A stretch of 64,000 nucleotides of DNA from Mobula hypostoma (taxonomy: Eukaryota), in assembly GCF_963921235.1 (NCBI RefSeq), contig NC_086097.1, positions 234,796,001 through 234,860,000 of the forward strand, in the 5' to 3' direction. Under the pieces are notes generated by a model. That model ran no database searches and was not told where the DNA came from. It saw nothing but the letters and a program-made list of their open reading frames with translations. Both the position numbers and the translations under genes were made by a program. Shown piece after piece: positions 11,781-24,060 of this stretch; the first letter of the stretch is position 1; each line of letters opens with the position of its first letter.

Positions 11781-12203
11781 TGTTATGTTTTATAACTCCA
11801 AAAACAAAAAACAAACTATTTGAAAGGAAAACAAGGGAGATGGGAATATGAGCATATAAGACCATAAGACATAAGACAAAAGAGCAGAAGTCGGCCATTC
11901 GGCCCATCGAGTCTGCTCCGCCATTTTATCATGAGCTGACCCATTCTCCCATTTAGTACCACTCCCCCGCCTTCTCACCATAACCTTTGATGCCCTGGCT
12001 GCTCAGATACCTATCAATCTCTACCTATCTATGTTTATTTTATTTTAAACAAAGCGTGCACGTATGACGTGGCAGCAGAGTGACATATGCCATTCACATT
12101 CTTCCTACGTATGCAATAAGCATAAAGAATTTCTTTAACAATTTAATCAAACAATATATTTACAATTTTACTTAAATATTACTAATATATTAAAAACACT
12201 ATA
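11781..12203 (-). repeat. 5' LTR of the Gypsy-like element, interrupted by a CR1 tail
   Basis: tgttatgttttataactccaaaaac...ttgaaaggaaaacaag and ...tattactaatatattaaaaacactata align with 3643-3893. Confidence 0.85.
11856..12025 (-). mobile_element. CR1 family B 3' end only
   Basis: Reverse complement nearly matches 41870-42039. Confidence 0.9.
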
Positions 12204-12557
12204 CAATCAACCATGAGTTAATTGAAAGACAAGACAAACTTAAGGGGGGCCGAATAATATACTCCAGTATTTTTAATTAATGATTCTAGTCCTTGAACAG
12301 CAGTATCTGTACAAATGCTTGGTTTATTTAAGTGCTGATTGGAATTCTAATTGAACGAACAACACTATTATACATCTCCTGAGTGGTCTGCAAAATCATA
12401 TGCAGCTTTAAGGAATAATTCTAGGAATAGTAATAGGCAGCTGTTAATATCACTGAATGAAGCTCTTTAATCTAGAGTACCAGTGATACTTTCTGAGCAG
12501 ATGGACCTTGATATCAATGTTCAAAGGAAATTTATTATCAAAGTACGCATATGTTAA

Positions 12558-12750
12558 CTTCTTTTATTCCTTTCTGTGCCTTGTGGTGCAGCAGGCAGAA
12601 ACCCTGCCATTTCGTTAGCATTTAGTCTGTTTTTTATCAGTCCAAATTTCTAGCTCGTTGCTCAACCCAGCATGGATGGAAAGCATGCAGGGAGCTGGTT
12701 AGATTTGAACCTGTATCCACTCGCCTCGAAGTCCAGTGCTGATGCCACCC
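12558..12750 (-). mobile_element. tRNA-derived SINE
   Basis: Reverse complement begins ggtggcatcagcactggacttcgaggcgagtggatacaGGTTCAAATC (B-box). Inserted within an old LINE tail. Confidence 0.6.
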
Positions 12751-13019
12751 TATATTATCTTAGATATATTTTCATGTAACATTTACAGGAAAATTAAAGA
12801 ATTGCAATAGAAACGATGAAAAAAATACACAAAGAGTGACAACCAATCAACGTGGAAAGCAAAACCTGTGCAAATAAGTAAGTAATACTCTTTTACAATG
12901 TGAGTTGAAAAAGTCCTTGAAGGTGCAAGTCAGAAGCTTCTGCAAAAATATTAAATGTTTGTTTTAAGTTCAGATACATGAAATAAAGAAATTTCTTAAT
13001 ATCAGATGTTTTATTTTTC

Positions 13020-13760
13020 TCAAGAGTAGGCAACATGCAGACTGCTGAATGACTTGAGAATGATAACTAAACATTCCAGTTAAATAACAAAGTGACTTTG
13101 CACCATTGATTATGCAAAGATATTTGACAAAATGAAATAAGCAAGATTAATGGCTGTCCTGAAAAAGAATCAGAATTAATAAGAATGGTTTTTGCTGGAA
13201 ATCCACTGAGACTTTACAAACAATAAGGAATGATAAGTTAACAAAATGTAACAGGATCAAAGGAAGAAAGGGTCAACAAAGAGTTATATATCTGCTCCAC
13301 ATGTCGTACACATTAATTTTGGCAGATAGCGGTGATGTCTTGCAACTTGTTTTACGATCAATGCAAAATAAATGAATAACTCAAGTAGCACTAATAAAAC
13401 AGTATAGATTACAAACTGCAAAAGAAAAATTACCAGTGATTATTGAAATGGAGAATCATTTAAATGGAATATGAACTGAAGAGTAACATTAAGAGATCCA
13501 TGGTACTCACGTACAAAGAGGGCCATCATGATTGTGACTTTGATGTGAATATAAATCAAGTAGAGCGTTAAATTATATTTCTCACCTGAGTAAAGTAAGA
13601 ATGAGATTTAAGGATTCTTGTATTGCCTATTGTTGTCTGTTTGTTCAGTGTGATATTGGGTATAATTAATAATCACATGAATTTTTCCTGCAATTTATCT
13701 TAAAGCACTGACAAGAAAAGTGTGGTGTATGAATCAATAAAGATTATATATTTGTGTTGA
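13020..13760 (+). mobile_element. Ancient, highly degraded RTE-clade LINE RT fragment
   Basis: Residual IDYAK.FDK (13106-13131), a KG.rQG.I.aP-like motif (~13268-13298) and an NNL..adDT-like motif (~13371-13400). Confidence 0.45.
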
Positions 13761-13799
13761 AATTAATTTTTAAATGTTCCTGATTTTTAAAAGTATGCC

Positions 13800-14205
13800 C
13801 TTCATTCATTCATTACTGCCTGTTACCTTTCTGGTGTTTAGGGCAGCAATGAAGGTCCTCCATCTCTGGTGGTGTTCAGGGTTTCCTTCATCATGGCAAT
13901 ATCTTCCCCTTGGTTTTCACTACTGTCAGTCATGCAAGCCCTGGGTGGAGACTCAGAAATACCAACACACTCAGATGTAGAAAGATTCTTCATTGCTGCT
14001 TCCGTAACAATTCTGCTGAACCCCCAAACTTGGAGGACCAGTGGACCACTCAGTCTGCCTATCCTCTACGCTTTGACTTGTTTGGCATGGGTGACTCTGC
14101 AAAGAGCCAAAGCATAAAGCCCGGACTCCAGCCAATATAGCTCTCTGGGTCATTGAGAGACACAAGCCTTCAATCCACACCAAGGTTGAGGTCGTCTTGG
14201 AGGAA
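13800..14205 (-). mobile_element. Non-autonomous bipartite RTE/BovB-like element (5' UTR fused to 3' end)
   Basis: Same family as 35344-35760 and 23470-23700. The 5' part resembles RTE/BovB 5' UTRs. The 3' part encodes a WR.FIAAL-like RTE terminus with a (GAAT)n-like tail. Confidence 0.65.
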
Positions 14206-14819
14206 TGTATGCCAGTAGGGTTTCTGAAAAAGCTAAATGTTCAGGCTACTGTAAACACGAAATGAAGAGCCTGTTTCTGTACTCTACCTTTCTATGACTC
14301 TATGACTCTTAAGAAATGAGATGAAGTAAGAAAGTTTAAAAAGTAAGGAAGCAGTTCTATAAGGAATTGCAGTCTGTCAGCTCAGCTCACCAAGGGCTTC
14401 CACTGATGAGCAGCTAAATTCACAAATCTGAGATGAACTAAGGATAAGGTCAAATGATCTGATTTCACCACTGAGTTCAGAGAAAGAGCACTGCCTTGTA
14501 AGGAGATGAATTGGATGCAGTTCATATTTGTCCCAGAGTTTTATTCCAGGCACATCTACCATGCAATTTGAAACTTCATTCATTTGTATGCGGTTAGTCC
14601 TCAGGGAAAAGATAAGGACAGGTAAGTAAGTTAATTTATTTTATCCTAATCATTTTAATTCCTTGCTGGTCTATTTTCACTTCTCAATTTTTAAATTTCA
14701 TTATAATATTTTAAAATCCATTTGAATAGTTTTTAAAAGTCCTTATCTTTCGACAGTTATAAAATGCTCAGACATTCCAGGGCACACCACATGGATATAA
14801 AGTAGCATTTAGATGATCA

Positions 14820-15131
14820 GGGCACGTGGCCAAGTGGTTAAGGCATTGGACTAGCGACCTGAAGGTCGTGAGTTCAAGCCCCAGCCGAGGGAACGTGTTG
14901 TATCCTTGAGCAAGGCACTTAATCACACATTGCTCTGTGACAACACTGGTGCCAAGCTGCATGGGTCCTAATGCCCTTCCCTTGGACAACATTGGTGTCG
15001 TGGAGAGGGGAGACTTGCAGCATGGGCAACTGCTGGTCTTCCATACAACCTTGCCCAGGCGTGCGCCCTGGAGAGTGAAGACTTTCTAGGCACAGATCCA
15101 TGGTCTCGCAAGACTAATGGATTCCTTTACT
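14820..15131 (+). mobile_element. tRNA-derived SINE with CORE-like segment
   Basis: A-box TGGCCAAGTGG, B-box GAGTTCAAGCC, then gtatccttgagcaaggcacttaa. Full-length sister copy at 23765-24060. Confidence 0.85.
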
Positions 15132-15220
15132 AGATGATCTGCAAATTCCCCAAATGTTCAAATTCTCTCTCTGTGCTCAGCGCATAACCTGGGCTGGGCA
15201 GTGACACAACTTGTGTAGTC

Positions 15221-15356
15221 ATCCTGAAGAAGGGTCTCAGCCCGAAAGGTCAACTGTTTACTCTTTTCCATTGATGCTGCCTGGCCTGTTGAGCTCCCCC
15301 AGCATTTTGTGTGTACTACTTTGGATTTCCAGGATCTGCAGATTTTCTTGTGTTGG
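15221..15356 (+). mobile_element. Penelope pseudo-LTR-derived short element with hammerhead-like motif
   Basis: CTGAAGA-AGGGTCTCAGCCC-GAAAGGTC followed by gatgctgcctggcctg...ttccag.atctgcaga, homologous to 55405-55535. Confidence 0.8.
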
Positions 15357-15380
15357 TTGTTTGCTACCTGACAATGCAAG

Positions 15381-17420
15381 AGACCATAAGACCACAAGGC
15401 ATTTGAGCAGAATTGGGCAATTTGACCCAACATGTCTGATCCGCCATTCCATCATGGCTGATTTATTGTCCTTCTCAACCCCATTCTTCTGCCTTCTCCC
15501 AGTAACCTTTGACATCCTTACTAATCAAGAATCTGTTAGCCTCTGCTTTAAATATATGTAATGACTTGGCCTCCACAGTCAAATAGGTCAATGAATTCCA
15601 CAGATTCACTACTCTCTGGCTAAAGAAATTCCTCCTCATCTCTGTTCGAAAGGGATGTCCTTATATTCTGAGGCTGTGCTCTTTGGTTCTAGACTCCCCA
15701 CTATAGGAAACATCCTCCCCAAGTCCACTCTATCTAGGCCTTTCAATATTCAATAGGTTTCAATGAGATTCCCTCTCATTCTTCTAAACTGCTACGAGTA
15801 CAGGCCCAAATGCTCCTCATCCATTAACTCTTTTATTTACAAGATCACTCTCATGAATCTCCTCTGGGCCCTCTCCAATGCCAACATGTCCTTTCTTAGA
15901 TAGCTGGCCCAAAACTGCTCACAATTCTCCAAGTGCAATCACAGCAATATCTTACAAAGCCTCAACATTACATCCTTGCTTTTATATTCTAGTCTTCTCA
16001 AAATGAATGCCAATATTACATTTGCCTTCCTCACCACTGACTCAACCTGCAAGTTAACCTTTAGGGAATCCTGCACAAAGACTCCCAAATCCCTTTGCAT
16101 CTGTCATACCTCGCTATCTGGTGTGGGTAAGCGTGCCTGATGAGGGTCATGAGTTGGAAAAAAAGCAGATGGTATGCTGCAACAGCATGTTAGTGCAAAA
16201 GGGTTTTATTTAGTGCCAGGAGGGAAAAAAAGAGCTAAAGCTGCCCGAAAATTGTGAAGAGAAAAAGTATTTACAAATAGACAAATGGAAACAAGTAAAT
16301 ATACAGAGACATTCTCCATGCCACACTTTGTCGTTAACTTTCCAATATAACTATTCACCAACCATTAAATTCAACTTCCACCCCTCTCAGCAATGTCAAA
16401 CTGAGGGCTTAAACCTGCTTGTGTAGAGGGTAGTACACCTGCTCCCACTAATCAGGCATTATTTTAGGATGCCCCGAAGTGTCCCTCGGGTCTTTCGGGG
16501 CCATTCTGCTGCCTACAAACTGATGTAACTGTGGAGTGAAAATAACTGAAACTGTTTGGAATGCCTGTGTTTAGAATCCTTATTTTTATGAGTTATAAAC
16601 CAGTACAGCACATTAACTGAAGGATTGTTTTGATTAGCCAAGCTAACGATTGTTTTACTGTTGGCTGTGTAAAAGGTGAACTTCCAAGAGCTGCAGAATG
16701 GGAGGGCAAAGTATGTCAACTACTGGGAAACTAGACCAAGGGCAGAACGCGGAGGAGAAACTAACCGGGCAAACAGGCAAGGCTAGCAGGAGAATTAGCA
16801 TTGGCAACCTGTTCTGTCACAGCATCTCTGATTTCTGAACTTTCTCCCTGTTTAGAGAATACTTTACACCTTTATTCCTTCTACCAAAGTGCATGATCAT
16901 ACACTTATTCTCCTGACCATTTTCCTAATCTGTTTAAGTCCTTCTATAGATTCCCCCTTCCTCAACACTATTTGCCCCTATATCTATCTTTGTATCATTT
17001 GTAAACTTTGCCACAAAGCCATCAATTCCATCATATAAATCATTGCCATATAACATAAAAAGAAGCAACACCAACCCCAGCCCCTGCAGTACACCACTAG
17101 TAACTAGCAGCCAATCAGAAAAGCTCCCCTTTATTCCAACGTTTTCTCTCCTGCCAGTCAGTCAGTCTTCCATCTATGCTAGTATCTTTCCTGTAATACC
17201 ATGGGCTCTAAACTTTTTTAGCTGCCTCATCTGCAGCACCTTTTCGAAGGTCTTCTGAAAAATCCAAGTAAACAACATCCACTGACTCTCCTTTGTCTAT
17301 CTTGCCTGGTATTTTCTCAAAGAATTCCAAACGATGCGACAGGCAAGAAATCCCCTGAAGGAAACCATACTGACTTCAGCCTATTTTATCATGTACCTAC
17401 AAATAACCTGAAACATCAGT
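15381..17420 (-). mobile_element. CR1 family B-like, degraded, interrupted by a solo LTR
   Basis: Tail agaccataagaccacaag. RT-region remnants continue on both sides of 16102-16821. Confidence 0.85.
16102..16821 (-). mobile_element. Solo LTR (720 bp)
   Basis: TGTCA...TCACA termini with a perfect 5-bp TSD GCATC (16097-16101 / 16822-16826). Orientation is inferred from a reverse AATAAA near 16204. Confidence 0.85.
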
Positions 17421-17421
17421 C

Positions 17422-17640
17422 AGTGTGGAATTTGTCTATTGCCCCTGTGGTTGCATGGATTTTTTCTGGGTGCTCCAGCTTCTTCCACAGCCCAAAGGCA
17501 TGCTGTTTAGTAGTATAATTGACCACTATAAATTGCCCCTAGTGTGTCGAATCTCGTGTAAGTTGACTAGATCAGGGGAATTTTTTTTTTGAAAAATGGG
17601 ATTACTGTGGTGTCTACAATGTAGTGTGTAGATGGATGGT
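17422..17640 (+). mobile_element. V-domain SINE, degraded
   Basis: gtgtggaatttg...gggtgctccagcttcttccacagcccaaag...taaattgcccctagtgtgt. Confidence 0.6.
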
Positions 17641-17712
17641 TGCCTGTTGAAGAAGAGTCTGTCAGACTCAGAGACATTATTTCATGCCATATAGTTCTAT
17701 CATTGTTTAGAG

Positions 17713-17793
17713 CAGGGGTTCCCAACCTTTTTTTATGTCATGGACTCCTACCAGTATCTGAGGGGACTGTGGACTCCAGGCTGGGAACTCCAG
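17713..17793. mobile_element. hAT (Charlie-type) MITE, degraded
   Basis: CAGGGGTTCCCAAC...ctgggaactccag; same family as 43156-43228. Confidence 0.7.
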
Positions 17794-17899
17794 GCAGTGA
17801 GTTCAGACTTCAGCATTCCACGGGAATCCTGAACAACTAGACTTGTAGAATATAAATCCTTGCGTTTTACAGCAGGTTCATGCATAGTTATATAGTGTT

Positions 17900-18130
17900 G
17901 GGCACGTGGCCAAGTGGGTAAGGCATTTGTCTAGTGATCTGAAGGTCACTAGTTTGAGCCTCAGCTGTGGCAGCGTGTTTATGTCCTTGAGCAAGGCACT
18001 TAACCACACATTGCTCTAGTCTGTGCGAGGAGTGGCGCCTCACACAGACTTCTAACTTGCACCTTGTAAGGCATGAAAATGCCCGACGCAGGCCTCTCAT
18101 GGTCTGAGTCGATGTTCCCTCCCTCCCTGG
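17900..18130 (+). mobile_element. tRNA/CORE-like SINE with the 14820-family head but a different 3' half
   Basis: gggcacgtggccaagtgg...gtccttgagcaaggcacttaaccacacattgctct, then unrelated sequence ending in ccctccctccct. Confidence 0.75.
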
Positions 18131-18299
18131 CCTTAATTGGTTCATTGAAGAAGATCTCACTGTCCCAGCTCCAAGATGGAGCAGTGAATTCAACCAAATC
18201 CCATTGTTGTCTTCATAAGAGAGATGCTGTCAGAGCACGGTTATCCAAGTTGCCACAATTAACTTTACTGCGACTCTAGGAGTTCAATATTCGGGCAGG

Positions 18300-18600
18300 A
18301 ACTGGCATAGTCTGTGCAGATGCTTCTCACAGTTCCTGGAACCTGGACTCAATCCTGAGCACAGGTTGTATCAGTGTGGGATCCGCATGTTTTCCCCTAT
18401 GTTTGTGTGGGGTTCTCTGCAGGCCGTCACAGACTAAATCCCAAAGATGTGTGTTAGTGGTTAAGTAACTATAAATTGAAAGCAAAGCTGCTTAGTGAGA
18501 ATTTTAGGGATGTTTTGATGAGTTGATGGACAAGAAGGAAGAATACAATAGGGTAGTCTAAACAAGCACTTGGTGGTTGGATTAGAAATGTTGTGCTGAT
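18300..18600 (+). mobile_element. V-domain SINE, degraded
   Basis: tRNA-like head (tctcacag...ggactcaatcctga) followed by V-core remnants. Confidence 0.55.
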
Positions 18601-20471
18601 CAGACAGTTTATACATTATATAACTCTGTAACACATTCAATAAATTCTGCAAAGTAATTCCAAAGTTGCACACAGTTACATATAGAGAACTTTTAATCCT
18701 GCACCCAGTGAGAGAAAATAATGACTGATTTTCTCAATAGCTCACCTGAAGGATCACAGCTACTTCAAACTTACATCAATGGTGCGACTGAAATTCATTG
18801 CAAATTGGCAACATGTCAGGAAACGGGAAGTGGAATCAAAGAAAGCAAGTCAGAAGTGACAGAATGCGTAAACCAAAGCGTGTCAATGGGATAGATGAAA
18901 CTTAATGCTGACAAGCGTGTTCACATAGAAAGACAATGGGTCAACATGCAGACTTGAGTATTGCTGCTGCAGTCTTTAACAGTGAAGTTAATACAGGAAT
19001 ATTAGTAAGCAAAAACATGAGCACATTCAGGATAGATGTCACTAAAGTCAGTAAACTAATTTAACATCAAAGGATATACTTTCTAGGGAAAGGACAGGCA
19101 GAAGACACAGGCAGTGGTGTGGCTTTGTTGGTAAGAGACGGAATTACATCTTTAGAAAGAGGTGACATCTGGTCAGAGAATGTTGTCCCTTTGTGGGTGG
19201 AGTTAAAAAAACTGCAAGGGTTAAAAAAAACATTATGGGAAGCATATATAGGCCTCCAAAGAGTAGCCAAGCTGAAATTGCTAAAGGAGCTGGAAAAAGC
19301 ATGTAATAAGGGTTTGTACTGGGGACTTCAATATGCAAGGGGGTTAGGAAGATCAGGTTGGTGCTGGATCGCAAGAGAGGGAGTTTGTTGAATGCCTACA
19401 AGTTGGCTTTTTGGAGCAGCCTGTTCTTGAGCCTCCTCGGGAAAAGGCTATCCCAGATTGGGTGTTGTGTAAGAACTCAGATCTTATTAAGGAGCTTAAC
19501 ATAAAGGAACACTTAGGAGGCAGTAATCATAATATGATTGAACTCATACTGGAATTTGAGAGGGGAAGCATAACTCACATGTATCGGTGTCGCAATGCAA
19601 CAAAGGGAATTACAGAGGCATGAGAGAGGAGCTTGCCCAGGTGGATTAGAGGAGGATACTGGCAGGGATGATGGCAAAACAGAGATGGCTGAAGTTTCTG
19701 GGAAAAGCTCACAAGGTGCAGGATAGATATGTCCCACAGAGGAAGAAGTTCTCAAATAGCAGCGGTAGGCAACCGTGACTGACAAAGGAAGTTGAGCACT
19801 GCAGAAAAGCCAAGGAAAAGGGATAGAAGATAGCAAAAGAGAGTGAGAAGTAAGATGATTAGGAGGCTTTTAAAATTGAACAAAAAGCAACTAAAAAGAT
19901 AAAATATGAGGACTAGCCAATAAAATAAAGCAAGATACTAAATGCTTTTTTTTCCAGTTATATAAAGAATGAAAGGGAGGTAAGAATTGATATTGGACCA
20001 CTGGAAAATGGTACTGTTGAGGTAGTAATGGTGGACAAAGAAATGACAGATGAACGTATTGGGTACTTTGCATCTGTCATCACTGTGGAAGACACTAGCA
20101 GTGTGCCAGAGGTCGTGAGTACCAGGGAGCAGGAGAGAGTGCCATTGCTATCACAAAGGGAAAAACGCTAGGCAAACTCAAATGTCTTAAGGTGGATGAT
20201 TCACCTGGACTGGATGGACTACATCCCAGAATTCTGAGAGCTGTTGCTGAAGACATAACGGATACATTGGTCATGGTCTTTCAAAACTCACTTGATTCTG
20301 GCATGGTCCCAAAGGATTGGAAGATTGCAAATGTCATTTCACTCTTTACGAAGGGAGGAAGGTAAAAGAAAGGAAATTATAGGCAGGTTAGCCTAACCTC
20401 AGTGGTTAGGAAAGTGTTGGAGTCTGTTATTAAGGATGAGGTTTCGGGATACTTGGAGACTAAAGAGAAAA

Positions 20472-20844
20472 AGACCTGATAGAGGTGTATAAGATGATGA
20501 GAGACATTAATCATGTGGATGGTCAGAGGCTTTTCCCCAGGGCTGAAATGGTTGCCACAAAAGGACACAGGTTTAAGGTGCTTGGGAGTAGATACAGAGG
20601 AGATGTCAAGGGTAAGTATTTTTACGCAGAGAGTGGTGAGTGCGTGGAATGGGCTGCTGGCAATGGTGGTAGAGGCGGATACAATAGGGTCTTTTAAGAG
20701 ACTTTTGGATAAGTACATGGAGCTTAGAAAAATAGAGGGCTATGTGTAAACCTAGTAATTTCTAAGGTAGGGACATGTTCGGCACAACTTTGTGGGCCAA
20801 AGGGCCTCTATTGTGCTGTAGGCTTTCTATGTTTCTATGGTTCT
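20472..20844 (+). mobile_element. CR1 family C 3' fragment nested in the older CR1
   Basis: DLIEVYKMMR.I.HVD.QRLFPRAEM..T.GH.FKV with tail ttctatgtttctatggttct. The host reading resumes at aagtcaaagtcagcatgg. Confidence 0.85.
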
Positions 20845-21399
20845 AAGTCAAAGTCAGCATGGTTTCTGTGAAGGGAAATCTTGCCTGACAAATCTATTGG
20901 AGATCCTGGAGGAAGTAACAAGCAGCATGGACTACGGAGAGGCAATGGATGTTATTTACTCAGAGTTTCAGAAGATATTTAATAAGGTTCCACACATGAG
21001 GCTGCTTAACAAGATAAAATCCCATGGCAATACAGGAAAGAGACTGGCATGGATAGAGAAATGGCTGACAGGCGGAGGCAGCGAGTGGGAGAAAAAAGGG
21101 TTCTTTCCTAGTTGGCTGCCGATAACTAGTGGTGTTCCTTAGGGGTCAGTATTGGGATCATTACTTTTCACATTGTTTGTCAAATGATTTGGATAATGGA
21201 ATTGATGGCTTTGTGGCAAGGTATGTGGATAATACAAGTATAGGCATAGGGGTAGGTGATGCTGAGGAAGCAATGCGATTGTAGCAGGACTTAGACAAAT
21301 TGGAATAATGGGCAATACAGTGTTGGGAAGTGTAAGATAATGCATTTTTTAAAGGAACAATAGTGTGGACTATTATATAAATAGTCCAAATAAACTGAT

Positions 21400-22576
21400 T
21401 CATTCCGAATAAACTGATTCCTTAGCTCCAGAACCTGGGCCTTAGCACTCAGATCTGCAGCTGGATCTTCAACTTCCTCACAGACAGGACCCAGGCTGTA
21501 AAAATAGGGGACAAGCTCTCCTCTACAATCACTCTGAGCACCGGTGCCCCACAAGGCTGTGTACTCAGCCCCCTTCTGTACTCACTGTACACTCATGATT
21601 GTGTAGCCAAGTTTCCATCAAACTCAATATATAAGTTTGCTGATGACACAACAATTGTAGGCCGTGTCTCGGGTAATGATGAGTTTGAGTACAGAGAGGA
21701 AATTAAGAACCTGGTGGCATGGTGTGAAGACAATAATCTATCCCTCAACGTCAGCAAGACGAAGGAATTGGTAGTTAGCTTTAGAAGGAGTAGCGGACCG
21801 CACGACCCCATTTACATCGGTGGTGCGCGAGTGGAACAGGTCAAAAGCTTTAAGTTCCTCGGGGTCAATATCACAAATGACCTGACTTGGTCCAACCAAG
21901 CAGAGTTCACTGCCAAGAAGGCCCACCAGTGTCTTTACTTCCTGAGAAAACTAAAGAAATTTGGCCTGTCCCCTAAAACCCTCACTAATTTTTATAGATG
22001 CACCATAGAAAGCATTCTTCTAGGGTACATCACAACCTGGTATGGAAGCTGTCCTGTCCAAGACTGAAAGAAGCTGCAGAAGATCATGAACACGGCACAG
22101 CACATCACACAAATCAATATTCCATCCTTGGACTCACTTTACACCGTACACTGTCGGAGCAGTGCTGCCAGGATAATCAAGGACACGACCCACCCAGCCA
22201 ACTCACTTTTCGTCCCCTTTCCCTCCGGGAGAAGGCTCGGGAGCTTGAAGACTCGTACGGCCAGATTTGGGAACAGCTTCTTTCCAACTGTGACAAGACT
22301 GCTGAACGGATCCTGACCCAGATCTGGGCCGTACCCTCCAAATATCCGGACCTGCTTCTCGTTTTTTTTGCACTACCTTATTCTCCATTTTCCTATTTTC
22401 TAATTATGATTTATAATTTAAATTTTTAATATTTACTAATGTTTACTATTTTAAATATTTTTAATATTTAATATTTGTAACCCAGGGAGTGGGAAGTGCA
22501 GAATCAAATATTGCTGTGATGATTGTACGTTCTAGAACCAATTGTTTGGCAACAATAAAGTATGAAGTAAAGTAAG
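21400..22576 (+). mobile_element. Rex1/Babar-clade LINE 3' portion
   Basis: [77 protein letters not shown] followed by an (AAGT)n-like tail. Confidence 0.9.
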
Positions 22577-23469
22577 TCGGGACAATGTTCAAACATCAGA
22601 TGTGCAGAGGGATTTAGACTCGTGCAAGACTCCCAGAAGGTTAATTTACAAGTTGAGTCTGTGGTAAGGAAGGCAAATGCAACATTGGCATTGATTTCAA
22701 GGGGAATAGAATATAAAAGCAATAAGATAATGCTGAGTTTTATGAGACACTAGTAAGGCCGTGCTTGGAGTATTATCTACGGTTTAGGGCCCCATGTCTC
22801 AGAAAGGATGTGCTGTCATTGGAGAGAATCCAGAGGAGGTTCATGAGGCTGATACTGGGAATGAAGGGGTTAACATACGATGAATGCTTGGCAGCTTTGG
22901 GCATGTACTCACTGGAATTTAGAAGACTGTGATGGGATCTCATTGATACCAACCAAACGTTGAAAGGACAAGATAGAGTGGATGTGGAGAGGATTTTTCC
23001 TATGGTGGGGATATCCAGAACTAGAGGGAAGATCCTCAAAGTTGAGGGATGATCTTTTAGAACAGAGTTAAGAGGAACGTTTTTAGCCAGGGAGTAGTCA
23101 ATCTGTGGAATGCCCTGCTACAGACTGCGGAGGATGCCAAATCTGTGTGTATACTTAAGGCGGATGTTGATTGTTTCCTGATCAGTCAGGGCATCATAGG
23201 ATATGGCGAGAAAGCAGGTGTGTGGGTTGAGTGGGATGTGGGATCAGCCATGATGGAATGGCGGAGCAGACTCAATGGGCTGGATGGCCAAATTCTGCTC
23301 CTATGTCTTCTGGTCTTTTGGTCTATCTCTAATGGAGAGACAAGCGATTGCTGATGTTTGAACCTGGAGCAGAATAAAACTGCCAGAAGAACAGATAGAA
23401 GAGTGGAAGGCTACGTGGGAGGGAAGAGTTCGATTGGTCTTAGAGTAGGTTTCTTCATTGTTCATTGCT

Positions 23470-23700
23470 CTTTCTATTGCAATTTTTTTAACCAGTCAGG
23501 GTTGATAGCCCTGAGCAGAACCTTCAAAACTAGAGAATCAATGGACGACACTTAGTCTGGCCCCTACCTTTTGACCTAATTGGCATGGATAACCCTAGCA
23601 AGAACCAAAGCAGAAGTCCCTGACTCCGGCTAACAGCTCTCTCAGTCATTGAGGCACACAGTCCTCCAAACCCTATGAAACAGTCATGGTCCTTGTGGTC
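23470..23700 (-). mobile_element. Bipartite RTE-like element, partial copy
   Basis: Homologous to 14000-14200. Confidence 0.55.
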
Positions 23701-23764
23701 TTCTGGTGGTGTACAGGCAGTAAGTAAGTAGAGCAGGTTAAGAAGTCAGCCATCATCAGCACGT

Positions 23765-24060
23765 GGGCACGTGGCCAAGTGGTTAAGGTGTTGGACTAGC
23801 GATCTGAAGGTCATGAGTTCGAGCCCCAGCCGAGGCAGCGTGTTGTGTTGTTGAGCAAGGCACTTAATCACACATTGCTCTGCGACGACACTGGTGCCAA
23901 GCTGTATGGATCCTAATGCTCTTCCCTTGGACAACATCAGTGTCGTGGAGAGGGAAGATTTGCAGCCGGTTTTCCATACAACCTTGCCCAGGCCTGCGCC
24001 CTGGAGAGTGAAGACTTTCCAGGCACAGATCCATGGTCTCACAAGACTAACAGATGCCAT
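23765..24060 (+). mobile_element. tRNA/CORE-like SINE
   Basis: A-box TGGCCAAGTGG and B-box GAGTTCGAGCC. Colinear with 14820-15131. Confidence 0.85.

Larger units (their letters stand above)
3643..12203 (-). mobile_element. Internally deleted, non-autonomous Ty3/Gypsy (Mag-like) LTR retrotransposon containing four nested CR1 insertions
   Basis: Two homologous LTRs (3643-3893 and 11781-12203). PPT next to the 3' LTR (ctcccttctgc at 3894). Degenerate PBS-like sequence at ~11765-11780. 5-bp TSD cagtc (3638-3642) / caatc (12204-12208). Gag remnants and an integrase C-terminal tail are present, but no RT. Confidence 0.85.
19075..23325 (+). mobile_element. Old CR1 LINE (APE to tail) with two nested insertions
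   Basis: Fragmented ORF2 (GVALLV, HLGGSNHNMIE, QSQHGF.EGKSCLTNL, SGVP). Tail tcttctggtcttttggtc at ~23305-23323. Confidence 0.85.

Noticed and set aside
14820..14890. tRNA genes (also 17900 and 23765)
   Set aside because: A and B boxes are present, but they run into SINE bodies, with no closing acceptor stem or poly-T terminator.
18705..18800. Minus-strand coding exon ending at CAG|GTGAGC (~18746)
   Set aside because: With the nearest acceptor, all three frames contain stops. No other support.
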